Below, in pieces: positions 1 through 13,625 of a stretch of 64,000 nucleotides of DNA. Below the pieces are notes generated by a model. That model saw only the letters and a list, made by a program, of their open reading frames with translations. It made no database searches and was not told the DNA's origin. The first letter of the stretch is position 1. Every line of letters starts with the position of its first letter. The stretch is from Octopus vulgaris. Lineage: Eukaryota. The stretch spans positions 32,798,001-32,862,000 of the forward strand of contig OX597815.1 of NCBI GenBank assembly GCA_951406725.2. The letters run 5' to 3'. The translations under genes and the position numbers were made by a program.

Positions 1-781
1 GCCATTAAAACTTGCCATTAAAAACCAACTATGGTAAAAATAATTGTTTCTAATTTAAGCAAAAGGTCATCAATTTTGAGGAGAGGCATCCATCAATCCC
101 AGTACTTGATGAGTAAAAAAGACATTTGACATTCACTTATTTGAACAATATTAAGTAATGGAGTTTTGTGAAATCACTGTTTTTGTGTGTAGGACAGATT
201 TGACTATTGGCTGAGTCTGTCGTAAAAGTTATTCCACAGCCTTCCTTTGGTAGAAGCAACAGATAGTTTTCCTCTCTTTGGTGGATATGGTAAAAGTGAT
301 AATGTAGTGGATGTGATTCCGAGGTTTGAAGACAAGACATTTTCCTCATTTGGCAGGCGTTCATTAACTATTACCACACCTTTCCCTTAGAGAGAAAGGT
401 GAAGGTACAGAATGAGGTCTGTCCCTCAGTAGTAAATTTGTTGAAAGGTGTTGCAACATGAGAATTGCAAACATGGCATGAGTGAATGGACCTACTCTCA
501 GCATGCACTTGTAAGCCAGAGAATGATGGCTGAGAGGGAGTTCATATCCTTGGTTGTCAGGGTAAATTAAAGATTTGTGGAGTTCCTTGATTGGCCTAAG
601 ATGGTTATTCTGGTCTCTTTTAAAATTTTGCACACTACCTATGCTTTTACAATTTTTTTTTTTCTCATTCAGTTTCAATGTAAATTTTTACAACACTTTC
701 TCAGCCTATTTTGTCCAAGCCCCACATTTATTTTCCCAAAACATCTGTCCTAGCTTAAACAGATAAAATTAGTATATAATA

Positions 782-819
<38 letters not shown>

Positions 820-821
<2 letters not shown>

Positions 822-1040
822 TCATCATCATTTAGCGTCCGCTTTCCATGCTGGCATGGGTTGGACGGTTCAACTGGGGTCTGGGAAGCCAGAAGGCTGC
901 ACCAGGCCCAGTCTGATCTGGCAATGTCTCTACGGCTGGATGCCCTTCCTAACGCCAACCACTCCATGAGTGTAGTGGGTGCTTTTTACATGCCACTGGA
1001 ACAGGTGCCAGATAAGGCTGGCAAACGGCCACGATCGGAT
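820..1040 (-). mobile_element. SINE family A 3' portion with (GAT)n tail, abutting (TA)n
   Basis: Similar copies at 3880-4096, 15137-15398 and 27506-27650 share catcatcgtttaacgtccgctttccatgc...ggatgcccttcctaacgcc. Confidence 0.8.
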
Positions 1041-1914
1041 ATACAGAAGTTCTAATTGGAATTTTAGTTTTAGCTTTATGCCCCAGTTACTTATGTCCCA
1101 TTCTGAAGTAACCCACACCCCACTGGTGGGGCCACAGGTGCCACAGGTGAGATGGGTGTTAATAGTACCTTTCATTTCCTGTAACCTGTTCATGTATTGA
1201 CCCCTTCATGTGGCAAATAAAAGAAAACATTGCTGCTGCTGCTGTTGTTAGGCTGTGAATTGGTAGAGTGTTTGACAAAATGCCTTCTGTTATGTCCTCT
1301 TTATGTTTGAAGTTCAAATCTTACCAAGATCAACTTTGCCTTTCATTCCTCCAGGGTTGATACAATTAGGTATTAATAAAGTACATGTGTCAATGTACTC
1401 AGTTAATCCCTTCCCTCAAAATGTGCTTGCCTTGTGCCTATGTTAAGAATAACTATTATTAATAATGGTTGTTCTTGTAGGAGGTAGACTGACAGAGTTT
1501 GTAGAGTGTTGGACAAAATACCTTCTGGTATTTGTTCTGGCTCTCTTGGTTCAAATCATGCCAAGGTCAACTTTGTTTTTTTTTAAAATCTTTTTGGCGG
1601 TCAATAAAATAACATATTAGTTCAATACTGAGATTTGATTTAATCAACTAACTCTCTCGCTTTACATTTGCTAGATTTGTGCTGAAATTAGAAACCATTA
1701 TTATTTCTTTTTTTTTATATTATCTTTTGATTTTTATCTCTGTGTTGTGTGTTTGTGTTTAAATTTCCATATTAGATGTTTATGATAAATCTCAAGTTCT
1801 GGCACCATTCCCAGAAATATACACATTCATGTATATATCTTCTTTATCTGACGATTATTTGTTCGTGTGTGTGCTAGAGGGAAAAGGTTGTGAGTGTATG
1901 TAGTTTGGTGGTGG

Positions 1915-1964
<50 letters not shown>

Positions 1965-2816
1965 ATAATAATAATAATAATATAGTTTTTATAATGCTTT
2001 ACTATTTAATTCAAAACATAACACTTCAGTGTTCAAATACTACTGGGTTAATTTAGTTTTGCTTTTTTTTAAAAGTCATTATGTACAAGTGCCAGTAATA
2101 AAAGGTGGATAAAGTGTCTTAGAGCTTGGGCAAACAAAACAAGTAGAAATCTCATTCATAGAAAAAGACTGGGAAGCCCTTACAGTAATTAATATGTTCA
2201 TAGCTGTTGTATTTGTGTTTGCCTTGCACCACCACTAAAGTATCAAGTAAGATATATCTAAGGTTGATTTAATCAATTATTCTTCCTCTCTTCACCTGGC
2301 CAGAAACAAAAAAATAAAATAAAAGATAATAATTATGATTGCAGGAGTCCTAGTGTTCTGCTAAGTTCTCTTACACACTTTACAGTCTTTAATTGGAATC
2401 TGCTTGTGTTACTGAAATAATTACCTATTTTATTCAAGGGGCCAATTCTAATTATCTTATTAAAATAGGCTTTTTCCTATTTTTGAAAGAATCATTATTA
2501 AAATATTGATTTCAGGTGATGAGAAATTCTCTTTCATTCTTTCATCTTCATTATTTTTGGCTTCAGTTTATGAAATGGATGTCTGGAATTCCATAATTAG
2601 GACTGGTCATTATTTTGGCAATTGGTGGAAAATAAATTTGTTGATTGTATGCAGACTCCACTGAATACAGTAAAACTCTCTCATTCGTGTTGTTTCTTAT
2701 TCTTCTAAACAGCATAGAAAAGGCTTTTCCAATCATTCTCCAGAGCTTTAATCATATAGATCTCCTTGGTCATGTTTTCCCTTCAGCAATTTATTGATAA
2801 GAGATCAAGATGAACA

Positions 2817-3047
2817 TTAACCTGTTCATTACCATACTTCTGTTGAAACAGACTGTCTTCATTTCAATTGATTTTGAAAATGATGAAGAATTTAGTAAAA
2901 TAGCTTAGTCATTTTTAAGCTGGTGTTTGGAATAGAAATTAACAGGAAATTTTGATTGAGGTTTTTAATTTAGATAATTTTAAAGTGGAGTTTGTACCAT
3001 AGACCCAGGGGTGGTCTTGGGGCAGGTTAGTATCAAAATCTCATTAA
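2817..3047. mobile_element. Possible older TTAA-flanked MITE
   Basis: Starts ttaacctgttcattacc and ends gtatcaaaatctcattaa. The TIRs are badly decayed. Confidence 0.35.
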
Positions 3048-3840
3048 ACATCTTTACATTCCCTGATCTGGTTTAGAAGGATATGACAGGCTTAAGGGCA
3101 ATACCCTTCCTTTTTAAGTTAATTAATAAAAGGAACAAGTAAAAACAAATGAAATCTGAAAAAAATTTTGGCTAAGTGATAAGTATTTCAGAAAATTATG
3201 CTGTGTTGTGATAGTCTAAATAAATAGTTATCATTTAAGTGTAGAACCTCTCCTTCAAATATTGTACAAACGAATTATTCTGTGGGGTGGGAAAAAAAAA
3301 GATCATGATCTGTCAGTGTTTAATATAAATGGTAAACAAACTCCATTTCCTTAGAGAATTACTTGAGTCTTGAAAGAACTGGAACTGCTGATCTAGTAAA
3401 TAAGATGACTTATTAGTTTGGTAAATCCTTGCTGATATTACTGACAGTGAAGAAGTTCTTCACGTGAACAAATAAATATATAAACTGTGTCTATGTTGAA
3501 TGTGCCAGGAATGTTCTTTCAAGCAATGGAATAGGGAGGTAGTCTTTGAGATTAGGTGGCCTACAAGGATTCATACAACAGATAAGAATTTTACACTCCA
3601 GGCACTGTCAGGAATGTGTATATTTTCTTTTTTAAAATATATATCTTTAGGGGACCATTATTTTTTTTTGTAGCTACCCTCATTTCTTTTGTTTTTGTTT
3701 TATTATATTTGCATGAGTTAGCATTTATATTATATCTTCAACAATTTATTTCTTATTCTATATTATAGCTTTTACCTCTTTTTAACTTGCATAGGGAAAA
3801 CATTTTGTGATATTCATTGTTGTTAGTGGTTATATATCTG

Positions 3841-3879
<39 letters not shown>

Positions 3880-3881
<2 letters not shown>

Positions 3882-4096
3882 TCATCATCATCGTTTAACG
3901 TCCGATGATATATATCATCATCATCATCATCGTTTAACGTCCATTTTCCATGCTAGCACGGGTTGGACTGTTCGACCGGGGTCTGGGAAGCCAGGGGCTG
4001 CACCAGGCTCCAGTCTGATCTGGCAGAGTTTCTACAGCTGGATGCCCTTCCTAACGCCAACCACTCCGCGAGTGTAGTGGGTGCTTTTTACGTGCC
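3880..4096 (-). mobile_element. SINE family A copy with duplicated 3' terminus
   Basis: Same sequence as 820-1040. The terminal unit atatatatc(atc)n gtttaacgtcc is present twice. Confidence 0.8.
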
Positions 4097-4378
4097 TTGC
4101 AAATAAGTAAAGACTGAAGTTTGAAGAGAGGAATTAAGAAATGGTGAAATCTGTAACCTTATTCACATTACCAACATGTCTTGATTCCTAGGTAGAACTG
4201 ATTTTCATTTGTAGAGAACTTCCTACCACATCACAATATCACACTAATCCTTTCATAAAATAATTAACAAGGATTGAATATAATCCACTGAATTAGTTCA
4301 ATTGCATTACTGGGTCATATTTAAGCCCCCCACCCCTTCCCAAAAGAAATAGGAAGACAGCTTATTCTGGTTCTGAAC

Positions 4379-4620
4379 AGGCATGGCTGTGTGGTAAGAG
4401 GCTTACTTCCCAATCACATGGTTCCTGGTTCATTTTCACTGCATGGCACTTGAGCAAGTGTCTTCCACTATAGCTCTAAGTTGAGTGGATTTGTTAGATA
4501 AAAACTGAAAGAAGGCCCGTGTGTGTTTGTGTGTGTGTATGTGTGCATGTGTGTACGTGCGAATGTGTGTGTATGTGTTTTTGTGTTTGTCCTCCATGAC
4601 CACTTTGTTTATGTTCCTTG
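4379..4620 (+). mobile_element. Older SINE family B copy (others near 33985-34130 -, 36688-36880 +, 57555-57760 -)
   Basis: Shares the ggcatggctgtgtggtaag...caagtgtcttccactatag...aactgaaagaag motifs. Confidence 0.7.
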
Positions 4621-4847
4621 AATGTATTGTTAAGAATTAGCACTCAGCCCAGTAGCAGTTCAGTTAATTAAGTGATTTTTTTTATTGGTGAAAGCAGATA
4701 AGTATTGGATTTGGGATATAATAAGCAATTAAGTGAAAATGTCTGACAAAGTAGTTGTTTTATGTCTTTGGTAAAGATACAAGGTGAAGGAACTGCTTCC
4801 TTTTATAATTTTTCTTACATCATCGCCTGGTCTATGGGTTTGTTTAA

Positions 4848-5067
4848 CCCTTTAGCATTTTGATTATTCTGTCACATGTAATGCTTATTTATTCACAGTG
4901 TTTTGAATCAATAATGTATTATCTCATAGCTTTGAAATTTCAACGATATGATTGTTTATTTTTAGAATGACATTATGGAATAGGTGTGAGAGGCCAGATC
5001 TGGCTGGTTTGAACACAACCCAGCTAAAATATTTGGGCCAGATATGGCCAGTTTAAATGCTAAAAGG
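4848..5067. mobile_element. piggyBac-type MITE (220 bp)
   Basis: TTAA|ccctttagcatt ... aatgctaaaagg|TTAA: 12-bp TIR with 1 mismatch and TTAA duplication. Confidence 0.8.
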
Positions 5068-8000
5068 TTAATAGTGTTTAGTCTGTTGCAATCCATCACT
5101 CCAGACACTCCCCTCATTTTCTCTTTGTTCATGTTTATTTTGCAGATGTTAATGCTGGATATCAGCAGCATCAGTCTTGTCAATTTGGGAGAGTCTCCTG
5201 ATGTCACTGCCCCTCCTTTACTGACTAACTTTTAAAAATATTCCATTCTTTCAATGCAAGAAGTGGGTTGGTTCTCATAATGGTTTCAATGGTTGTTTCT
5301 ATCAAGGCTATATACTATATATTGTCAGGGCCTGTGCAGTGTGCCCCTGAATAAGGCACAAATTTTTTTATGCTCTAGTTTATGTGAGTGTCATAAATAG
5401 AGCCCAATCTCATTTCATAGTTGAATGATTGGGATGTAAGGAACTTCTGGCTGTGTAAAAATAAAAGGGTACATAATAAAAAATAAAATGCTTCAATAAA
5501 AATAACCCAGCTGTTCATCATAGTATGGAAAAAATGGATGTAAAATAATAACAAAATTCTCTTTCTAATTCTAACTATTACCATAAAGTAGATGTGGGAC
5601 TTGGCTTTTTCTGTTGGACAGCTGGAATAAACAATATTATACTCCTTGCCCAAGAGATACATAATGACTGTACTAGTCATGTTTAAGCACTGTAACCATA
5701 TGTTCAGTAATCTTGCACTTTAATAACACAGCTGAAAAACGAAATCATAGCTGATGTGGTACAGTGCTTTTAATGAAGATGGATTATAGCAAGTTTTACT
5801 TGTTTCAATCATTGGCCACACTAGGGAATTAACTGTCTTCAAGGGCTTTTAGTTAAGTTTCTCAACCTTAGTAATCTGGTGCTCTTTTTATCAATATCTA
5901 TTTATTGAATAGCTAAGTTGATCTGAGTTACATTCATTTTACAGGCATTTAATAACAAGAAGTATTTACATTGGAATATATAAATACAAACCCCCATACA
6001 CACACACACCATGCCTGTGCATGCAAATAACCTATCCAACTCATGCCAACATGAAAAATCATGTAGCCCAGTATCTGCGTACTAAATTTCACTCCCAAGA
6101 GACATTACTCAATCTGTTAGTCTGTCCAAGGAATAGAGATGGAATCTGGAACCATGTGGCTGCAATGCAAACTTCTTATCACATATCCATGTTACAAAAA
6201 TCTCAAGACTCCTAAGATTTTACAGAAAATTAGTTATAGATAATTTTTCTAGTGTTAGATGAAAATAAGGTCTTGAATTAATTAAGTCTGTAACTTGGAT
6301 TTTATTCTAGACTCTGGCCAAAATATTGCATATACACACCACTCTTGCTTGAGATATTTATGAAACATCTTCCATTTAACCTTTTTATGAACTTCGTTAC
6401 AACCTCCCAGCCACTGATAAATACTGTTTATTGTGCTCAATATCAAATAAAGAAGGCAGACTTTGATGCTGGATATCTTTATCTCATTTATACCATATTT
6501 TGTGAACAATAAGCATTGTTGATTATTAGTTTCCAACATGGCAGACTCTGGTTTTCACTGAATTTCTGATGGTGGAAAGGGCAAGAAAATGTCTTGCTTG
6601 GATGGACTAAATATCTCTAGGCGTTTTTGTTCAAAAGCAATGGTTTCATTAGCTTTTTGTCTGAAGCTCAGTCGTACCTGAATCCATCTACACAGCCATG
6701 CCTACATCCATGAGACTGAATATTTATGTAGGCTCTTTTGCTAAACTAAGTGTAGGACACAATTTTTCTTTCTGGCTACATCAATACTGTTCTTGAGGAA
6801 TACACATATCTCACAACTTTCATTGCCCCTTCTTGCTTGAAGTCAGTTGAATTAATCACTGATTGACAGATTACTTCTGATATTAATAGTTCTGATATTT
6901 GGTGTTTGCTCCTGTTTGTTTCATCCATGTGTGTGTGTGCATAAAGTAATTACTTCAGTAATTATTATTGCCTGCATGTTTTTGTCATTCTGTCTGCCAC
7001 TAATGTTCAGACAGTATTGTCATTTAAGAACTGCTTAGGTAGACTTGTTATCAAAGGCATTTCAGCTGTGACCTACCTATCTTTTTGTTCATCTAGGACT
7101 GCACTCACCAATGTGTCCTTCATTTTTTAAGTATTTCATGGAAGTATTTGGCTGATACTCATAGCAAATCAAGTGACTTTGTAGAGATACCTTCATTGGT
7201 TCAAGCTCTTCTACAGTTGTAGTGAGAAGTTAACTTTGCTGTTCATCCTTCTCCGGCTTCTAAAATAAATACCAGTCAAGTACAGGGATTGATTTAATTG
7301 TGGCAAAAAAGAAAAACAAACTGAGTTTACCGTGAAGGCCATACTGCTGTCTTCCTAGGACTAAGAGTTTCAGACCAATTTTCTATTTGTTTTGGCTAAT
7401 AAGCTAAAACAGAAAAGGCTTGGAAGAAAATTCTTTATTATCTTTCCTGTGAATTGCTCATCACTTAATAAAGTATCACTTGGGGGCTTGAAGGTCAGAG
7501 TAGGTAAAAAAAGCTGTGCACTCCAGCAAATTTAATGAAAGTTGGATGAAAAGTGATGAATTCGGTATGGATTAAATGAAGAGCAAACCCATCAATGGTT
7601 GGAGCTGGAAGACTGTATACATTCAGAGTGGAGTGTGGTTGTGGGTTTTTGATTTCCTGATCTTATTTTAAGTAGCCTTCTCTTTTAAAAATTATAGAGC
7701 TTCATGCTTTGTTTGAAGAAAATGCCATGTGGTATGTGGTTATATTCTGTCTGGGCCAACTTTGACATGCCTTTAGGCTGTACCTATGAGGTACTGTTTG
7801 AGATGATTTAATCAGTACATCCCTCTCCAAATATGTGGTCTTGTATTAGTGAAAGAAATTAATATTATAAAAGGGTTAGTGAATAGCAAAAATCAGTCAA
7901 GTAACAGATGTAATACCATGCATGATTTAGTTAGGTCTCTCTCAGTTCTGAGTTCAAATGTGCCAGTGTCAGTTTTGCAATTTATTCTTCTGGAATTGAT

Positions 8001-9163
8001 GAAATGAATACCGATCGGGTACTGCTTTTGATATCTAATTGGTTAAACTCTTATCCCCAAATTTGTGACCTTCTTCCTATGCTAGCAATCATTATTATTG
8101 GCAGAAACATACGTGTGTGTATATGTAGTACTACATTTTCCCATGTCTTTCCTAAATTAAGATAGCAAGGTGTGATTTTAAAGGGAATTGGTATTAGAGG
8201 TAGTGTGAGTTTTGTCTTTTGGACTTGAAGGGTTTTCTTTTCTTGTCTACAGTAATGACATTGCAAATGTCAGCTACTTTAGTTATAGAACACCATTAGT
8301 TAATTTGTTAGAATATATGATTTTGGAGCACAATAACACTAACAATAGTGGCACAAAATAAAATGAAAAGAATGGAAATTACCTAACGTCTAGAAAATTT
8401 GCATTCTGACAACCTAGACTTGAATCTGTTGCTTATTGTGCTGGAATTCAACATAGTAAATGTTGTTGTTTGACCTCAGGTCAGTTCTGATTGAGTATAT
8501 CTATGATCAAAGATATTCCAACCCATTTTATTTAGAAAGTAATTAAATACTGTCTTTTCTTAATTAGACCTTTCTGCCTTCATTTGGTCATTTTTAAACA
8601 TTTGTTTTTCTGTACATTGTACAATGAAATTCGAGGTACATTTGGCTGGTGTTTCATGTGGTTCGAACAACCCATGTAGAGGCTTCCATACTTTGGTAAA
8701 TAAATAAATACAAACTGATATCTGTATCTTGTTAAAATATGCAACCAGATAGATGTGATTTCTTCTGTGAAAATATTCTTCAGAAATGAGGCTGAGTTTT
8801 ATAGGTCAACGATTTGATTTTCTATATCACTGATATAGTAGAACACTAGTAGTAGTAATCTCTTCCCTGGAACTGACAGTTCCAGTGTAACAGAAAATTC
8901 TATGGCAAAACAATGCCTCTAATTTTTATTTGCTTATTTTCAACTTTTCAAATGTCTTAAAACAGCTGAAACATTCTGTGCATGTGTGTTTGCTTATGTA
9001 TGTATCTGTGTGTGTGTGTGTGTTCTTGTATATGTATGTCTTCTTTGTATGTATTTGTATATATGTGTATCTTCCATGTATTTTTTTTTGTTTGAAAGAA
9101 TGGAAAAGTACCACCCATAGTTGTCAAAACACTTTGTAAGTTTGATAATGTTTATATAGTATA

Positions 9164-9680
9164 CTAGCAGTATCGCCCGGCGTTGCTCGGGTTTGTAAGG
9201 GAAATAACTATATAAGCATTTTTAGAGAGTTACTTCCTTTATAGATGCCAATTCGGGCTTTCTTAGCCATTTCTGTTTTGGTGTCTTCAAACCATGAAGT
9301 CGTTGTTCTAAAAGAACGCTGGTCTCCTTGACAACGCATTACGGCGTTGATTTCCTTACACTCCCTTCCCCACAGCTTCACGAGGGAGGGAAGAAGGGGG
9401 AGAAGCAAACACAGGTGCAGGTGTATGAGCGTGGATGCCAACTCCGCCGCCATCGACACACGAAAAATTATGCATTAAAATGGAATAAAAAATGATGTTA
9501 AATTATTTTTAAAATCGTAGACTCATCGTAGACGCGCGCTAATACTCAGACGGGCTCGATATTAATCACGACTATAATATACCCGGATTTGGTTAAACTG
9601 CACCGCAAAATGTGGGAAGAGTTAGGAATCTAAATCGTAGGAGACAGACACTCACACAACTACAGTTTTATATATATAGA
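9164..9680 (-). mobile_element. Non-autonomous Helitron (517 bp)
   Basis: On the minus strand it starts TC(TATATATA), ends with a GC hairpin (cccgagcaacgccggg) followed by CTAG, and sits between A and T. It is CpG-rich relative to its flanks. Confidence 0.85.
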
Positions 9681-9733
9681 TATTTGTGATTTCAAAATGC
9701 AAAAAGGTGCCTTTAACATGTTATATATAACAT

Positions 9734-9947
9734 GTACTGAAAAGTTCCTGAAAAGTTTTAAGGGTATTGCTAAAGGCTTGGTTGGAGGTCCAACTGTCTG
9801 AGTTCTTTTACAGGACTTAGAAAAACTGAAGGACCAGTGCAATAAGTGTGTGAATCTTAGAGGGGAATATGTTGGATAAAATCATAATTAACTGATCCTC
9901 CTGTGTTTTCATTTATCTAAAGCCAGGCACTTTTCAACACCCCCTCA
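9734..9947 (+). mobile_element. Short mariner-derived MITE retaining the transposase C-terminal remnant
   Basis: Contains a KCVNLRGEYV* type tail (9843-9880) and degenerate inverted ends (gtactgaaaagttcctg / caggcacttttcaacac..ctcaTA). Confidence 0.65.
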
Positions 9948-10035
9948 TATATACACACATAGACATACATGTAAATATGCACATATCGTCATCATTTAAT
10001 GTCCATTTTTCCATGCTTGCAAAATTTCATTTATA

Positions 10036-10501
10036 TGAGGGTGAGTCATTTATAATCCACAATCACTTATGCACTTTTTCCTATTGGCAGGAGGATTACT
10101 AGTCATGGTTTCTTTCTAGTCACTACTGTGCAGATTTGAACTTGAGTTGTTAATTAAGCTTATTATTACATTAACCATGGCCATTCCACTTTTTGATGCA
10201 CTGAAGAAGAGGATCACCAGTGATCAATTTTTGAATTTTTCAGTCTATTTGTACACAATTTGTCATGGCAAAGCACTATTTCTACACACTTCAATGGATT
10301 TCTGCCAGTGATACACTTTCATCCTACAGGATTAATGAATGTTGCGCTTCTTGAGAGCTAGCAGAAAAAGAAGTGACTGTGCTTAATGGGCAATAATAAC
10401 AATTTAATTGATGTTTCAAGTTTAAACTTGCATCACAAAGACTAGTTTTCTCACAAGAAACAAATGTATGTGCATTGCAGATAGTTGATGACTCACCCTC
10501 A
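10036..10501 (+). mobile_element. Mariner-type MITE or deletion derivative (466 bp)
   Basis: TA-tgagggtgagtcat ... atgactcaccctca-TA: 14-bp perfect TIR core with looser similarity inside. Confidence 0.75.
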
Positions 10502-10520
10502 TATATATATATATATATAT

Positions 10521-10817
10521 ATGGCCCAGTGGTTAGGATAGCAGACTCGCGGTCAGAGGATCGCGGTTTCGATTCCCAGACCGGGCGTTGTGAGTGTTTA
10601 TTGAACGAAAACACCTAAAGCTCCACGAGGCTCTGGCAGGGGGTGGTGGCGAACCCTGCTGTACTCTTTCGCCACAACTTTCTCCCACTCTTTCTTCTGT
10701 TGGCCTGCTCGCTTAGCCAGTGGGGTGGCGTTATTTGAAGGCTAAAACAATGTGAAGCGCATTGTGACCAGCGATGTGTAGCAACATCTGATAGTCTGGT
10801 CGGTCACGGTGATCACG

Positions 10818-10820
<3 letters not shown>
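10521..10820 (+). mobile_element. SINE with family C-like head and a different tail, inserted in (TA)n
   Basis: The head and gaaaacacctaagctccacg body are shared with family C. The tail is (gatcacggt)x2, and (TA)n lies on both sides. Confidence 0.8.
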
Positions 10821-10859
<39 letters not shown>

Positions 10860-13485
10860 CTCCGTCTACTGAAGTATATATTCAAACAAGTGGATATTGA
10901 ATGAAATGTTAGTTTGGATAATATGCTCATATCACATAGGACAAATAGTGCATGTGTATAAATATAATTTATGTGAGAAAAAGTTTGTATTTAATTTTGG
11001 CTTTTTCTTGATATTCTCATATTTTTGTTTTATAAATCATTTCTGCAGATTTGAAACAATCAAATATAAATTCTTTTTCGTTTCAAGACTTCACATATGA
11101 CATTTGGAGTTTAATATAAATTCCATCAAGCCAGATGTTGCTTTTACAAGTCATATGTATAGTAATAATGAGAACATACCTGGCAGTATACCAAGTTAGC
11201 AGATGATGATAGTTTCATTGTATTTAGTGCATCATAGCAGTGTTTTAAGTACCATTATATAGGTAATAGGTAACCTGTAGTATCTCTTTATAATTGTCAC
11301 TTCCAACATAGAACTTACTACTAAGGAATGATAAAATATATGTCGATAGTTCTTTAGCATTAGTCACCATGGCTAAAGCCATGTTGGGGCATTGTCTTGA
11401 GTTGATTAAGCTAAATTATTTTATTTATTTACTTAAGAACTTTCAATTTTATTCCTATGTCCTGTAAATTTAAATTTTTGAATCTTCTCCAAATGCTTCA
11501 TGCCACATATTTTCTGTTGTATTGAAGTAACATAAAGTCTTTCTTTAGAAATTTAAAAAAAGTAATAAAAATAAAGCAATCACAAAAAAGGTGTAAACTA
11601 GTTACTTCTGGCAGTACTTGAACAAAACTTGGCTCTCTTCCACAGAGTTTTGGAAAAAGTCCAATTGATTCCATAAGTTTGAATAATAGAAGAAACAGAC
11701 TGACCAGTATAAGCATTAGAAACCTTAAATTTATATTATAAACCCTTATTTATCTGTACAATTATAAAATGATATTCTGTTAACATCTGGAATTATTTTT
11801 TTCTTATAAAGAATTCTGTTCTGTTTTCTTTTGTTTTTTTTTCAAAGTATGTAATTATTACAATGAGGTATAAAAGATATCTTGTTTGTTTCTTTGAGCA
11901 ACATTATTTAAATTATCCATTCCTGTATATGAACACACATGCTCACATGCATGTGTGCTTGTACACGCACACAAATATTTATAACTACATCCTGACAAGT
12001 TGCTTTATATTTGGAAATTCATAAAGTAATTGCACTACATACTCTAGAATAAATCTTAAGACAGCAATTTTTTTACCCAAATTACAGTATACACTTATGC
12101 ATACACAAATGATATATTTCAAGAGTTGAGATTTGTAACTTTTTAAGAGGAGTTGCAAGAATCCTTGGCTTCAAGTAGGAAAACTCAGTTATCAGTTCAT
12201 ATCAGTTTATAAATTATAAAATTATGTAGTAATTTTTAATGAAAAACAACTGCTCACATTCAGTAGAAGTATGTCAGTTCAGATTAAATATAACTAAGCT
12301 CCATACAGTAGGAAACATTACAAAAACTGAAGAAGCCATTTGTGCTTGTTTATTCATATACTTATTTATTTGGTGTAGTAGGTTCATTTTTATGTTCATT
12401 GTTTTATATTCCCTTGGATTGAACAAACACGTTTTGAAATAAAAATAGGAACATTTTCTAAAATTGATTGAAAGAAGTCTGTTTAGTAAAGAGGAGCCTT
12501 ACTTAAGTAATGATGAATCTTGATGTGTTTGGTGATAGGTATAATATCTTTGAGTGAAACTAAGTTCTAGTGTATTCAGTGATTTTCCAAGTATTTAGCC
12601 ATTTTGTTTTTAGTGGAGAAATAACAATTAAAAAGTTTTGGTAGTTTTGTATAAACCAGAACAAATAGCATCCCCCAAAATGCAGGAGAATTCATGTAAC
12701 TTTGGAAACTTACTCTGTGTTTGAATAAGTTAACAGTATTTAATAAAAGTCTAAAACCAAAAACTAGGAATTACTATGATGTAATTTGATGGTGGTAATG
12801 GCAGTAGTGGCAGCTGCAACAGCAGTAGCAGCAGTGGTTGTGGAGCAATGGTGGTAGTGGTGGAGATAGTGAAGAAGCATTTACAGTGCACAGCTTCTGC
12901 CCTGCAAGCTGATCCAAAAGTTGGTGCTAAAGTACTGTGCTCTGCAAGGTGGTGAAAGCAAAACATCTGAAAGTTAAAAAAATATTCTGAGTCAGCCAAG
13001 AAAAAGCTTAAAGTTTCTATTTGAAGCCTGCAATTCTTTAAGATTTCTTAATGGCCATTAGCAGTGCTTTCTACATTCTGGAGTCATAACTTGCTATGCA
13101 TCTTTCCCAAAATTATTCTTAATTGGCACTGCAAAAACATAGGGACAATTTCTGAAGATAATTGGAAGAAGTGAGTTAAGTACAAAAGAGTCAAAGTGTT
13201 GATATAGTTGTGTACAAATAATTTCCAGAATATTCACTGATATTTTTTCTCAAATATTAAACTGATTTTGTGGACAAGAGCAAAAATTTGATTTAAGAAA
13301 TTAAAAATTTGTAAAGTTGGTGTTTATTCATTTATCACAACAGATAAAGAATAAAGTCAAGTTCTGAGTTGCTTATACCACTCTTTCTATATTCCATAGA
13401 TTACTAATGTTCATATGAAAGGTATAAACTGTTATTTCCTACTTATTTAAGATAAAATATGCTTGTTATTAATTTAATCTTGCTA

Positions 13486-13625
13486 GTTCAGCTAAATACA
13501 AGTAACTCTTCTTCATCTAAGGTTAAATGAATCTACCTAGCTTAGCTAAATGCATGTAACTCTCCTCACGTGAGGTAAAAATTAATCTACCTGGCTTAAC
13601 TAAATGCAAATAAGCCTCCCCTCAT
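13486..13625. repeat. Degenerate tandem repeat, unit of about 54 bp, 2.5 copies
   Basis: Recurrent ctaaat.ca..taac and aatctacct.gctta segments. Confidence 0.65.

Noticed and set aside
13486-13625. Regularly spaced repeats resembling a CRISPR array
   Set aside because: A degenerate tandem repeat with no unique spacers, in eukaryotic context with no cas genes.
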